This document shows, piece by piece, positions 48,259 through 59,191 of a stretch of 64,000 bases of DNA. The position numbers were made by a program, and so were the translations under genes. The first letter of the stretch is position 1. Each line of letters starts with the position of its first letter. The notes beneath the pieces are model-generated. The model searched no databases. It saw nothing but the letters and a program-made list of their open reading frames with translations, and was not told the origin of the DNA. The stretch spans positions 25,048,001 through 25,112,000 of the forward strand of contig OZ024754.1 in assembly GCA_964016885.1 (NCBI GenBank), written 5' to 3'. Origin of the DNA: Eledone cirrhosa. Taxonomy: Eukaryota.

Positions 48259-49681
48259 GGTGCGGGTGAAAGAAATTGAGCTTAGCGGAAAAGTCTGGAT
48301 ACGGCGTGGTAGGGTCGGAAAGTGCTCTACTACGGGGATAGGAGCTAGATAACGAAGGAAATGTGGTAAGGAACCAGGTGGACCGTAACGCACCAAAGTA
48401 ATCAATACTTAGGGTAGTAGAGTGGGTAATAAGAACAAGTAAGACCTCGACGGCTGATTCTGGACTGAATGAAAATTTATTCTGGTATTTAATTAGCCGA
48501 GCTTATCAAGGGGTAATTCCATATATGGTCAAAGAGATAATCACCAGGATTGGTCACATCACAAGTTAGTAGTAAATCTGTGATGGCAAATTGGTGGAGG
48601 AAGGGGTAGCTAAACCTGCCGGTAGGACAAAAAGGGAGAAGGGGTGGAGTAGACCTATTCATGCGTTGGTAGTGCCGGCTACAGCTGGGCGTGAGGTCAA
48701 AGAGGATACTGGGGAGGGGGGAGTCGAAACGGTAAGTAGAACAATGAAGGGTAAAACTATAAAAAGTACTGAGAGAGAAAATAAAATAAGCAAAGTCTGG
48801 TTACTAAGACTTAAGTCTCTCTCTATTGCTAGGCTAAAGAAATGCATAAATAAATAAATAAACAAATAAGTGAATAAAAGAATAGACAAATAAATTAAAA
48901 AAAATATATATATAATGAAGAATAAAAAAAAAAAATAAATAATAATAAAAATAAACTAGGTGGGACGGAAATAAAGGGACCCTTATACGAAGTATAAGTG
49001 CGTGTATAGTACGGTGACGGGTCAACAAAGGGGGGCCAAAATACTAAAGAGACTACCACGAAATAATAAAGGTTTCTACCCCAATCACAGGGACAGCAAC
49101 CACCCAGTGCAAGAAAGTAAACTAGTACGAGAATATAATTCAGGGTCCCGCAAAAAAATACTAGTGCTAACTCTAAGGTTACCGCCACGAAACAAAAAGT
49201 CTTATACAAGCTACATGAAAGATCGTACGAAGTAAAGAACGGAAAATTAACACAGAAACAGCCCCCCCCCCCCAAATAAAAAGGGAAAAAGAAGAAGGAA
49301 ATACTGGATAAACGAGAAATTAAAGCAAAGATGCCACTAAGAAATATAGAAGGCACGGAAAAAAGGGACAGCGGTCGGAGAAGGGGGCAAGTATCCGAAG
49401 TCTAGCACCTCTGCTATAAAAAGCGGAGTCAGCCAAATCTATCATAGAATAGGGGAGGGCGTGGGGTGCTGAAGCTACAAGGGACCGAGGGGCTACCTCG
49501 GGTGGGCGAGAAAAAGACGACGACAAAGAAAAGGAACTGGGGTAGAAGGACTAGGGAGGGATGGGGGAAGGAGGAAATATAGAGGAAGCGATAAAAGAAT
49601 GTAAAAGAAGATCTTACGTCTCCATTGGCAAGCAGGGGTTACCCATTACAAAATAGGCAAGTGGGGTGTTATAGCCCTAGT

Positions 49682-51826
49682 CTACCCCTCCCCCCGGTCA
49701 TTATGGGGTTTGAGAGCGAGGTAAGTCCTACGTAATCGGTGTTTACATACAACAACCAGTTCATCTTTCTTGTTTAGGAGTTGGTCCGTCGAAAACAACA
49801 TTTGTAAAGTTTCCTCCGAGCATAAATTGCACGGACGGCGTCCTCCCGTGTAAGAGTTGGCTCTGGACAGTAATTTCCAAGTGAGATCATAGTTGATGTT
49901 GTTGTCCTTGAGGTCCCTTTTGTGGCCCGAAAGTGTAGTGGCGTGACGCCGGGCCGGGTTTCGGAAGGTATGTCTGTGTTGGTATAGCCGGGTCTTGAAG
50001 TCACATGCGGTTAATCCTATATAAGCTTTGTTGGAGGTGTCCGTGCTCACGTTGCACTGGTAGATCACATTACGGTCTCTGCATCTGTTGTCGAGGGGGT
50101 AACTGGATCTATCAGGACAGTTGCACCTCCTGGTCGGCTCTCCACTGCTATTTAGGTTGTTTCTTCCATAGGGGTTGAGGTTTTTGTTGTTGGAGGAGAC
50201 GATGTTTTGTGCGAAGTTAGGTGTAGTGTTGTAAGAGAGTTTGATGGTATTTTTGTTAATTATATTGTGGTAGCGGTGTTGTGGTGGGAAGTGTTTTTCA
50301 ATGAGCCTAAAGAAAATTTTCCCGATGGGAGTTGTCACCTCGGCGTTGTGGGGAGGATTGAACCATGTTACATTGCGTGAGCGGCGGTGTCGCCTGCTGG
50401 TTCCGCTAATGGGAGCTGGACAGTAGGATATTTCCTCCCGGAAACCACTCCGCTTGAGGGCCTGGTTGTAGTAAGGCGCATGTTCATCGAATATCTTCTC
50501 ATTAGCCGACAAACGGGATATGCGGAGGGAGATGTTTTTGACCAGGTTGTTGGTGATGTTCCTAGGATGGTTAGATCGGCGGTGGATGTAGTGCAGGTTG
50601 TCATTGGGTTTCCTGTATGGGTAGTACAGGTCATTATTCAGATCGAGGGTAACGTCCAGGAAATTAACTCGGGTCAGGGACGTTTGTAGGGTTTATTTTA
50701 AATCCCCAGTCGCGGAAGAAGCTGATTAATTGTTTATGGACCCGATATGTACTACTGGGGTTGTACCCTTTAAGGGTAAGGAGCCCATCATCACGGTACA
50801 ATCCACCACCGAAAGCAGGAAACATATCGGTGAGTTTGGCTATTAGGAATAATCCTATAATATCTGTGACCTCCGCCGAATCCGTAGCGCCCATGCTGAC
50901 GTCGAAGGGTGAGTCGGGAGCTCTTTTTATCCATTTGGAGTTGTCAAAGAGTAAGACTGTCTTCCTGGCGTGGAGGATGATTTTCCTTTCCTGGTCGGTG
51001 ATGGGCACAAGTGTTTCGGCGAAGTCCAAGGCGGCAGTAAGTAGCGGTAAGGTGATTGAAGCATAGTAGCTCTCTATGTCGAACTAGATAAATTTAGTGT
51101 CTCGTTTATCCTCCATATTGCTGAACCATGAGATAACTTCCTAGGCTAAGTCGGGCGTGTTGCTTGACTTTTGGTATCATGCGGTCTAGGATTTTTTTGC
51201 TGATTCTCCCGATGTCGGACTTCGTTGGGTTTATAAGCCTGATAGATGGTTTACGGTCGAAATCGGATTTGTGGTCCTTCAGTCTGAAGTAGGGTGTCCG
51301 CGGGTCTAGGGGTTCGGTGCGGTCGGCGACCCCGAGGCTGGAGGTAATTTGTTGTCCATCTCGATTAATGTCCTCGATGCATGAGTGGTTAGCCTTTTTA
51401 TAGGTGGAGTTTAGGCTGCTCCTGATCAGTGTATGGTATCTGTCGGGGTTGACAAATTATAGGTTCCCAGTTTTATCCGAATGCACCATGATGTCATTGG
51501 TGTTATCATAATCTGTTAAGTTGCTACGGAGTTTTTGTGGGAATCGGTTGTGTCTGGGTTTGAATTTAAGGTTCTTGACCAGTTGGAAGACGTCATTCTC
51601 GAAGGGTGAGAGCAAAGGGTTCGGGGGGGGGGGGATTTGTAGGTAATAAATCCGAATCTCTCCTTGGTACCGAAGTCCTGATTGTCGCAAAATCTGTCGT
51701 AGAAAAAAGTTCTCCATCTAAGTCTTTTCGCAAATAGATCGATTTTTTGCGTGAGCATCCGAAGGTAAAGTTTTTTCGGTGGGATTGGGATGTTCTTGGT
51801 AGAGAAGTCGTGTTGTGTTTTCGCAT
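49682..51826 (-). pseudogene. PLE family 1 RT + GIY-YIG ORF, copy 2 (disrupted)
   Basis: Near-identical to copy 1 with the same lesions, plus a longer poly-C run near 51625. Confidence 0.92.
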
Positions 51827-52011
51827 GGTGCGGGTGAAAGAAATTGAGCTTAGCGGAAAAGTCTGGATACGGCGTGGTAGGGTCGGAAAGTGCTCTACTA
51901 CGGGGATAGGAGCTAGATAACGAAGGAAATGTGGTAAGGAACCAGGTGGACCGTAACGCACCAAAGTAATCAATACTTAGGGTAGTAGAGTGGGTAATAA
52001 GAACAAGTAAG

Positions 52012-52105
52012 ACCTCGACGGCTGAGCTCAAGCCGTTTCGACGGCTAATTCTGGACTGAATGAAAATTTATTCTGGTATTTAATTAGCCGAGCTTATCAA
52101 GGGGT
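52012..52105 (-). ncRNA. Variant type I hammerhead in the PLE family 1 pLTR
   Basis: Same core. Stem II is cggctaat/attagccg (8 bp), stem III is intact, and stem I is acccc/gaggt with one mismatch. Confidence 0.68.
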
Positions 52106-54127
52106 AATTCCATATATGGTCAAAGAGATAATCACCAGGATTGGTCACATCACAAGTTAGTAGTAAATCTGTGATGGCAAATTGGTGGAGGAAGGGGTAG
52201 CTAAACCTGCCGGTAGGACAAAAAGGGAGAAGGGGTGGAGTAGACTTATTCATGCGTTGGTAGTGCCGGCTACAGCTGGGCGTGAGGTCAAAGAGGATAC
52301 TGGGGAGGGGGGAGTCGAAACGGTAAGTAGAACAATGAAGGGTAAAACTATAAAAAGTACTGAGAGAGAAAAAAAAATAAGCAAAGTCTGGTTACTAAGA
52401 CTTAAGTCTCTCTCTATTGCTAGGCTAAAGAAATGCATAAATAAATAAATAAACAAATAAGTGAATAAAAGAATAGACAAATAAATTTAAAAAAATATAT
52501 ATATAATGAAGAATAAAAAAAAAAAATAAATAATAATAAAAATAAACTAGGTGGGACGGAAATAAAGGGACCCTTATACGAAGTATAAGTGCGTGTATCG
52601 TACGGTGACGGGTCAACAAAGGGGGGCCAAAATACTAAAGAGACTACCACGAAATAATAAAGGTTTCTACCCCAATCACAGGGACAGCAACCACCCAGTG
52701 CAAGAAAGTAAACTAGTACGAGAATATAATTCAGGGTCCCGCAAAAAAATACTAGTGCTAACTCTAAGGTTACCGCCACGAAACAAAAAGTCTTATACAA
52801 GCTACATGAAAGATCGTACGAAGTAAAGAACGGAAAATTAACACAGAACCCCCCCCCCCCCAATAAAAATGGAAAAAGAAGAAGGAAATACTGGATAAAC
52901 GAGAAATTAAAGCAAAGATGCCACTAAGAAATATAGAAGGCACGGAAAAAAGGGACAACTGTCGGAGAAGGGGGCAAGTATACGAAGTCTAACACCTCTG
53001 CTATAAAAAGCGGAGTCAGCCAAATCTATCATAGAATAGGGGAGGGGGTGGGGTGCTGAAGATACAAGGGACCGAGGGGCTACCTCGGGTGGGCGAGAAA
53101 AAGACGACGACAAAGAAAAGGAACTGGGGTAGAAGGACTAGGGAGGGATGGGGGAAGGAGGAAATATAGAGGAAGCGATAAAAGAATGTAAAAGAAGATC
53201 TTACGTCTCCATTGGCAAGCAGGGGTTACCCATTACAAAATAGGCAAGTGGGGTGTTATAGCCCTAATCTACCCCCCCCCGGGTCATTATGGGGTTTGAG
53301 GGCGAGGTAAGTCCTACGTAATCGGTGTTTACATGCAGTAACCAGTTCATCTTTCTTGTTTAGGAGTTGGTCCGTCGAAAACAACATTTGTAAAGTTTCC
53401 TCCGAGCATAAATTGCACGGACGGCGTCCTCCCGTGTAAGAGTTGGCTCTGGACAGTAATTTCCAAGTGAGATCATAGTTGAGTTAGCACTAGTATTTTT
53501 TTGCGGGACCCTGAATTATATTCTCGTACTAGTTTACTTTCTTGCACTGGGTGGTTGCTGTCCCTGTGATTGGGGTAGAAACCTTTATTATTTCGTGGTA
53601 GTCTCTTTAGTATTTTGGCCCCCCTTTGTTGACCCGTCACCGTACGATACACGCACTTATACCTCGTATAAGAGTCCCTTTATTTCCGTCCCACCTAGTT
53701 TATTTTTATTATTATTATTTATTTTTTTATTCTTCATTATATATATATATTTTTATTTATTTATCTATTCTTTTATTCACTTATTTGTTTATTTATTTAT
53801 TTATGTATTTCTTTAGCCTAGCAATAGAGAGAGACTTAAGTCTTAGTAACCAGACTTTGCTTTTTTTTTCTCTCTCAGTACTTTTTATAGTTTTTACCCT
53901 TCATTGTTCTACTTACCGTTTCGACTCCCCCCTCCCCAGTATCCTCTTTGACCTCACGCCCAGCTGTAGCCGGCACTACCAACGCATGAATAGGTCTACT
54001 CCACCCCTTCTCCCTTTTTCTCCTACCGGCAGGTTTAGCTACCCCTTCCCCCACCAATTTGCCATCACAGATTTACTACTAACTTGTAATGTGACCAATC
54101 CTGGTGATTATCTCTTTGAGCATATAT

Positions 54128-54239
54128 GGAATTACCCCTTGATAAGCTCGGCTATTTAAATACCAGAATACATTTTCATTCAGTCCAGAATTAGCCGCCG
54201 AAACGGCTTGAGCTCAGCCGTCGGGGTCTTTCTTGTTCC
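54128..54239 (+). ncRNA. Variant type I hammerhead ribozyme (best-paired copy) upstream of the PLE ORF
   Basis: Stem I acccc(54134-54138)/ggggt(54223-54227); core TTGATAA 54139-54145; stem II cggcta/tagccg; GAAA 54200-54203; stem III acggct/agccgt; GUC site ending at 54222; distal ggaa/ttcc pairing. Confidence 0.78.
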
Positions 54240-54412
54240 TATTACCCACTCTACTACCCTAAGTATTGAGTACTTTGGTGCGTTATGGTCCACCTGGTTC
54301 CTTACCACATTTCCTTCGTTATCTAGCTCCTATCCCCGTAGTAGAGCACTTTCCGACCCTACCACGCCGTATCCAGACTTTTCCGCTAAGCTCAATTTCT
54401 TTCACCCGCACC

Positions 54413-56579
54413 ATGCGAAAACACAAGATCGACTTCTCTACCAAGAACATCCCAATCCCACCGAAAAAACTTTACCTTCGGATGCTCCCGCAAAAAATCT
54501 ATCTATTTGCGAAAAGACTTAGATGGAGAACTTTTTTCTACGACAGATTTTGCGACAATCAGGACTTCGGTACCAAGGAGAGATTCGGATTTATTACCTA
54601 CAAATCTCCCCCCCCCGAACCCTTTGCTCTCACCCTTCGAAAATGACCTCTTCCAACTGGTCAATAACCTTAAATTCAAACCCAGACACAACCGATTCCT
54701 ACAAAAACTCCGTAGCAACTTAACAGAGTATGATAACACCAATGACATCATGGTGCATTCGGATAAAACTGGGAACCTATAATTTGTCAACCCCGACAGA
54801 TGCCATACACTGATCAGGAGCAGACTAAACTCCACCTATAAAACCGCTAACCACTCATGCATCGAGGACATTAATCGAGATGGACAACAAATTACCTCCA
54901 GCCTCGGGGTCGCCGACCGCACCGAACCCCTAGACCCGCGGACACCCTACTTCAGACTGAAGGACCACAAATCCGATTTCGACCGTAAACCATCTATCAG
55001 GCTTATAAACCCAACGAAGTCCGACATAGGGAGAATCAGCAAAAAAATCCTAGACAGCGTGATACCAAAAGTCAAGCAACACGCCCGACTTAGCCTATGG
55101 ATCAACACCCAGGAAGTTATCTCATGGTTCAGCAATATGGAGGATAAACGAGACACTAAATTTATCCAGTTCGACATAGAGAGCTACTATGCTTCAATCA
55201 CCTTACCGCTACTTACTGCCGCCTTGGACTTCGCCGAAGCACTTGTGCCCATCACCGACCAGGAAAGGAAAATCATCCTCCACGCCAGGAAGACAGTCTT
55301 ACTCTTTGACAACTCCAAATGGATAAAAAGAGCTCCCGACTCACCCTTCGACGTCAGCATGGGCGCTACGGATTCGGCGGAGGTCACAGATATTATAGGA
55401 TTATTCCTTATAGCCAAACTCACCGATGTGTTTCCTGCTTTCGGTGGTGGATTGTACCGTGATGATGGGCTCCTTACCCTTAAAGGGTACAACCCCAGTA
55501 GTACAGATCGGGTCCGTAAACAATTAATCAGCTTCTTCCGCGACTGGGGATTTAAAATAACCCTACAAACGTCCCTGACCCGAGTTAATTTCCTGGACGT
55601 TACCCTCGATCTGAATAATGACCTGTACTACCCATACAGGAAACCCAATGACAACCTGCACTACATCCACCACCGATCTAACCATCCTAGGAACATCACC
55701 AACAACCTGGTCAAAAACATCTCCCTCCGCATATCCCGTTTGTCAGCTAATGAGAAGATATTCGATGAACATGCGCCTTACTACAACCAGGCCCTCAAGC
55801 GGAGTGGTTTCCGGGAGGAAATATCCTACTGTCCAGCTCCCATTAGCGGAACCAGCAGGCGACACCGCCGCTCACGCAATGTAACATGGTTCAATCCTCC
55901 CCACAACGCCGAGGTGACAACTCCCATCGGGAAAATTTTCTTTAGGCTCATTGAAAAACACTTCCCACCACAACACCGCTACCACAACATAAATAACAAA
56001 AATACCATCTCTTACAGCACTACACCTAACTTCGCACAAAACATCGTCTCCTCCAACAACAAAAAACTCAACCCCGATGGAAGAAACAACCTAAATAGCA
56101 GTGGAGAGCCGACCAGGAGGTGCAACTGTCCTGATAGATCCAGTTGCCCCATCGAAACCAGATGCAGAGACCGTGATGTGATCTACCAGTGCAACGTGAG
56201 CACGGACACCTCCAACAAAGCTTATATAGGATTAACCGCATGGGACTTCAAGACCCGGCTATACCAACACAGACATACCTTCCGAAACCCGGCCCGGCGT
56301 CACGCCACTACACTTTCGGGTCACATATGGGATCTCAAGGACAACAACATCAACTATGATCTCACTTGGAAATTACTGTCCAGAGCCAACTCTTACACGG
56401 GAGGACGCCGTCCGTGCAATTTATGCTCGGAGGAAACTTTACAAATGCTGTTTTCGACGGACCAACTCCTAAACAAGAAAGATGAACTGGTTACTGCATG
56501 TAAACACCGATTACGTAGGACTTACCTCGCCCTCAAACCCCATAATGACCGGGGGGGGGGGGCTAGACTAGGACTATAA
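54413..56579 (+). pseudogene. PLE family 1 polyprotein (~720 codons; RT + GIY-YIG), the least damaged copy; 55059-56579 is open
   Basis: MRKHKIDFSTKNIPIP...KRLRWR...SDKTGNL*...LKDHK...RLINPTKS...QFDIESYY...MGATDSAE...YRDDGL...NFLDVTL...YIGLT...CNLC...CKH. There is a frameshift at the poly-C run ~54607-54616 and TAA at 54780-54782. Confidence 0.93.
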
Positions 56580-57499
56580 CACCCCACTTGCCTATTTTGT
56601 AATGGGTAACCCCTGCTTGCCAATGGAGACGTAAGATCTTCTTTTACATTCTTTTATCGCTTCCTCTATATTTCCTCCTTCCCCCATCCCTCCCTAGTCC
56701 TTCTACCCCAGTTCCTTTTCTTTGTCGTCGTCTTTTTCTCGCCCACCCGAGGTAGCTACTCGGTCCCTTGTAGCTTCAGCACCCCACGCCCTCCCCTATT
56801 CTATGATAGATTTGGCTGACTCCGCTTTTTATAGCAGAGGTGTTAGACTTCGGATACTTGCCCCCTTCTCCGACCGCTGTTCCTTTTTTCCGTGCCTTCT
56901 ATATTTCCTAGTGGCATATTTTTTTAAAATTTATTTGTCTATTCTTTTATTCACTTATTTGTTTATTTATTTATTTATGTATTTCTTTAGCCTAGTAATA
57001 GAGAGAGACTTAAGTCTTAGTAACCAGACTTTGCTTTTTTTTTTCTCTCTCAGTACTTTTTATAGTTTTACCCTTCATTGTTCTACTTACCGTTTCGACT
57101 CCGCCCCCTCCCCAGTATCCTCTTTGACCTCACGCCCAGCTGTAGCCGGCACTACCAACGCATGAATAGGTCTACTCCACCCCCTCTACCTATTTCTCCT
57201 ACCGGCAGGTTTAGCTACCCCTTCCCCCACCAATTTGCCATCACAGATTTACTACTAACTTGTAATGTGACCAATCCTGGTGATTATCTCTTTGACCATA
57301 TATGGAATTACCCCTTGATAAGCTCGGCTATTTAAATACCAGAATAAATTTTCATTCAGTCCAGAATTAGCCCGTAAAAGTGGGGGGTAGGTGTTATCTG
57401 GTGTTAGAACTGGTTTTGTGTGTGTATGTGTGAGAGAGAATAAGTGGAGGTGTAAGCGTGTGTGGGGGGGGGGGTGTAAATATGGGGCTAGAGGCCCTA

Positions 57500-58772
57500 T
57501 CAGGTTATAAATTGGGTGTTGAGCTCTAGTCTATTATTGATTGGTGGAAGTGTTTTATCTATAATAAGTGCTTCCTTAATTCTAAGATTGCCGAGGTTTC
57601 TTTCCTTAGTTTCTATCCTAACTGTTATGTTTTTATCGGTGTTTTTGCATTTAACTAGGTGTTTCTTAAATGAGGAAGCGTTAGTATTGAGGTGTTCTTT
57701 TATTCTTATGTGGAGTGGTCTGGTGGTGCTACCTACGTAGAAATTGTTGCATTTGTCACACTCTAGTCTGTATACTACGTAAGCCTGGTGGCATAGGTCT
57801 GTGTCGTTGATGGGGCAGTTGGCTAGTCTGCAGCAGTTGTCATGTCTGGTGGAGTGTCTCTTGGCCAGCCGTCCGCGCAGAGAAGGACCCGAGTGGGCCA
57901 GTTGGATATCCAGTCCCTCTCGTCTGATGGCTCTGCGGATGGCTGTTGTTGTTTCTTCACTGAAGTGTGGGAGCTTCAGGAAGCAAGTGTTAGTGCCTCG
58001 GGTGTGGTTTCCTCTGTTCTTTCTGGCACGGTTTGTGGTGGATGTCGTGTATCCGTTCAGTTTGAGTACTTCCAGGAAATGTGTGGTGTGTGTGTCTCGG
58101 TCTCTGGCGTCGGTGCATTTGTTCTTGATACGTGCCAGTTCGTTCTTTATGTATCCGAACTTGGCACCGAGTGGGAGGGCCGATCTGAAATGTACGAACA
58201 GGTCCCTGCTGGCGGATTTTTTATAGAAGCAGGTGTGGATGTTGCCTTCCTCTGTTACCCTGAGTTGGAAGTCCAGTAGGGATAGGGATCCGCGGTCATC
58301 GGGGTATTCCATGCTGAACTTTATACTGGCGTCCATGCTGGAGAATGTTGTGTATATTTTCTCTGCCTCCTCACGGGATGATGTAAGGATGAGTATGTCA
58401 TCTACATATCGGGTGAAGAAGGTATGGGAATGGCAGGTGTTGAGGGCTCGGCATTCTAGCTGGTTCATGTAGGTGATGGCCAGCAGGCCAGAAAGGCTGG
58501 ATCCCATGGGTAATCCTGTTGTCTGTCTGTATGTGTGGTGGTGGAAGGTGAAGTACGTGTTGTCTACTGTGAAGGACAAAAACTGGTGTATGTCCGTCGG
58601 GTGGAGGCCGTAGCAGTGGATGTTCTCTGCGACCACGCAGTCCGTCAATAAATCGACAGCTGGGTGAGTGGGGACTGTAGTGTAGAGGGAGACAACGTCG
58701 AGGCTAAAAGCGTATTTATTTAGTTTAAGTTGTTCTGGCTGGAGTTGGTGTAGTCTACGTATAACTTCCAGC
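57500..58772 (-). mobile_element. PLE family 2, 5'-truncated RT + GIY-YIG (open frame; clade unresolved, Poseidon/Nematis-like)
   Basis: The frame extends upstream of the listed ORF as ...FSLDVVSLYTTVP..., then QTTGLPMGSSLS, RYVDDI, LSLLD, a Cys-rich linker, VVYRLECDKC..YVGST.R...R..EH and IKEALII. A short 3' UTR runs to ~57373. Confidence 0.9.
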
Positions 58773-58941
58773 TTTTTGCTCTTAAAGGGAGACTTCCAGA
58801 TTTTTCCTCTTAAAGGGAGACTACTCTTTATCCACCTAATTTTAATTCTTTGATATTAGAGTTAGAACAGATACTCTATACTATTTCCGGTCAGCATGGC
58901 TTGGCTAGAGATTTAAGACGCTGGTTTGAGACCTTTATTTC

Positions 58942-58976
58942 CCTCCGAAGAAGAGATATTATCTCGAAAATTAAGG
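58942..58976 (+). ncRNA. Degenerate minimal hammerhead in a probable pLTR remnant (~58830-59090) upstream of PLE family 3
   Basis: cct CCGAAGA a gagat-att-atctc GAAA at TA agg, followed by AATAAA. U4 is replaced by C and stem I is only 3 bp. Confidence 0.45.
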
Positions 58977-59090
58977 ACATTTAAATAAATTCAAGGTGAA
59001 AGACGAATTCTCAACAATATCTTTTACTATTGCATTCTCTTTTCTATGTCCATACCTGCATTGTTTTGGGCTTATTACACATATTCAAAC

Positions 59091-59169
<79 letters not shown>

Positions 59170-59191
59170 CATATATATATGTACAATATAT

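Larger units (their letters stand above)
44762..53481 (-). mobile_element. Tandem array of Penelope-like element family 1 (Naiad-like): two full-length defective copies (period 3566 bp) plus a 5'-truncated third, separated by pseudo-LTRs
   Basis: Repeated ORF fragments at 46116/49682, 47098/50664 and 47891/51457. The ~1.3 kb non-coding pLTR occurs at 44762-46115, 48260-49681 and 51830-53266. Confidence 0.92.
53482..57372 (+). mobile_element. PLE family 1 inverted (plus-strand) copy with a partial 5' pLTR and an internally deleted 3' pLTR
   Basis: Reverse complement of the minus-strand copies. The inversion junction is gatcatagttga|gttagcactag at ~53482, the pLTR deletion junction is near 56917, and the copy ends inside HHR stem II at ~57372. 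Confidence 0.92.
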
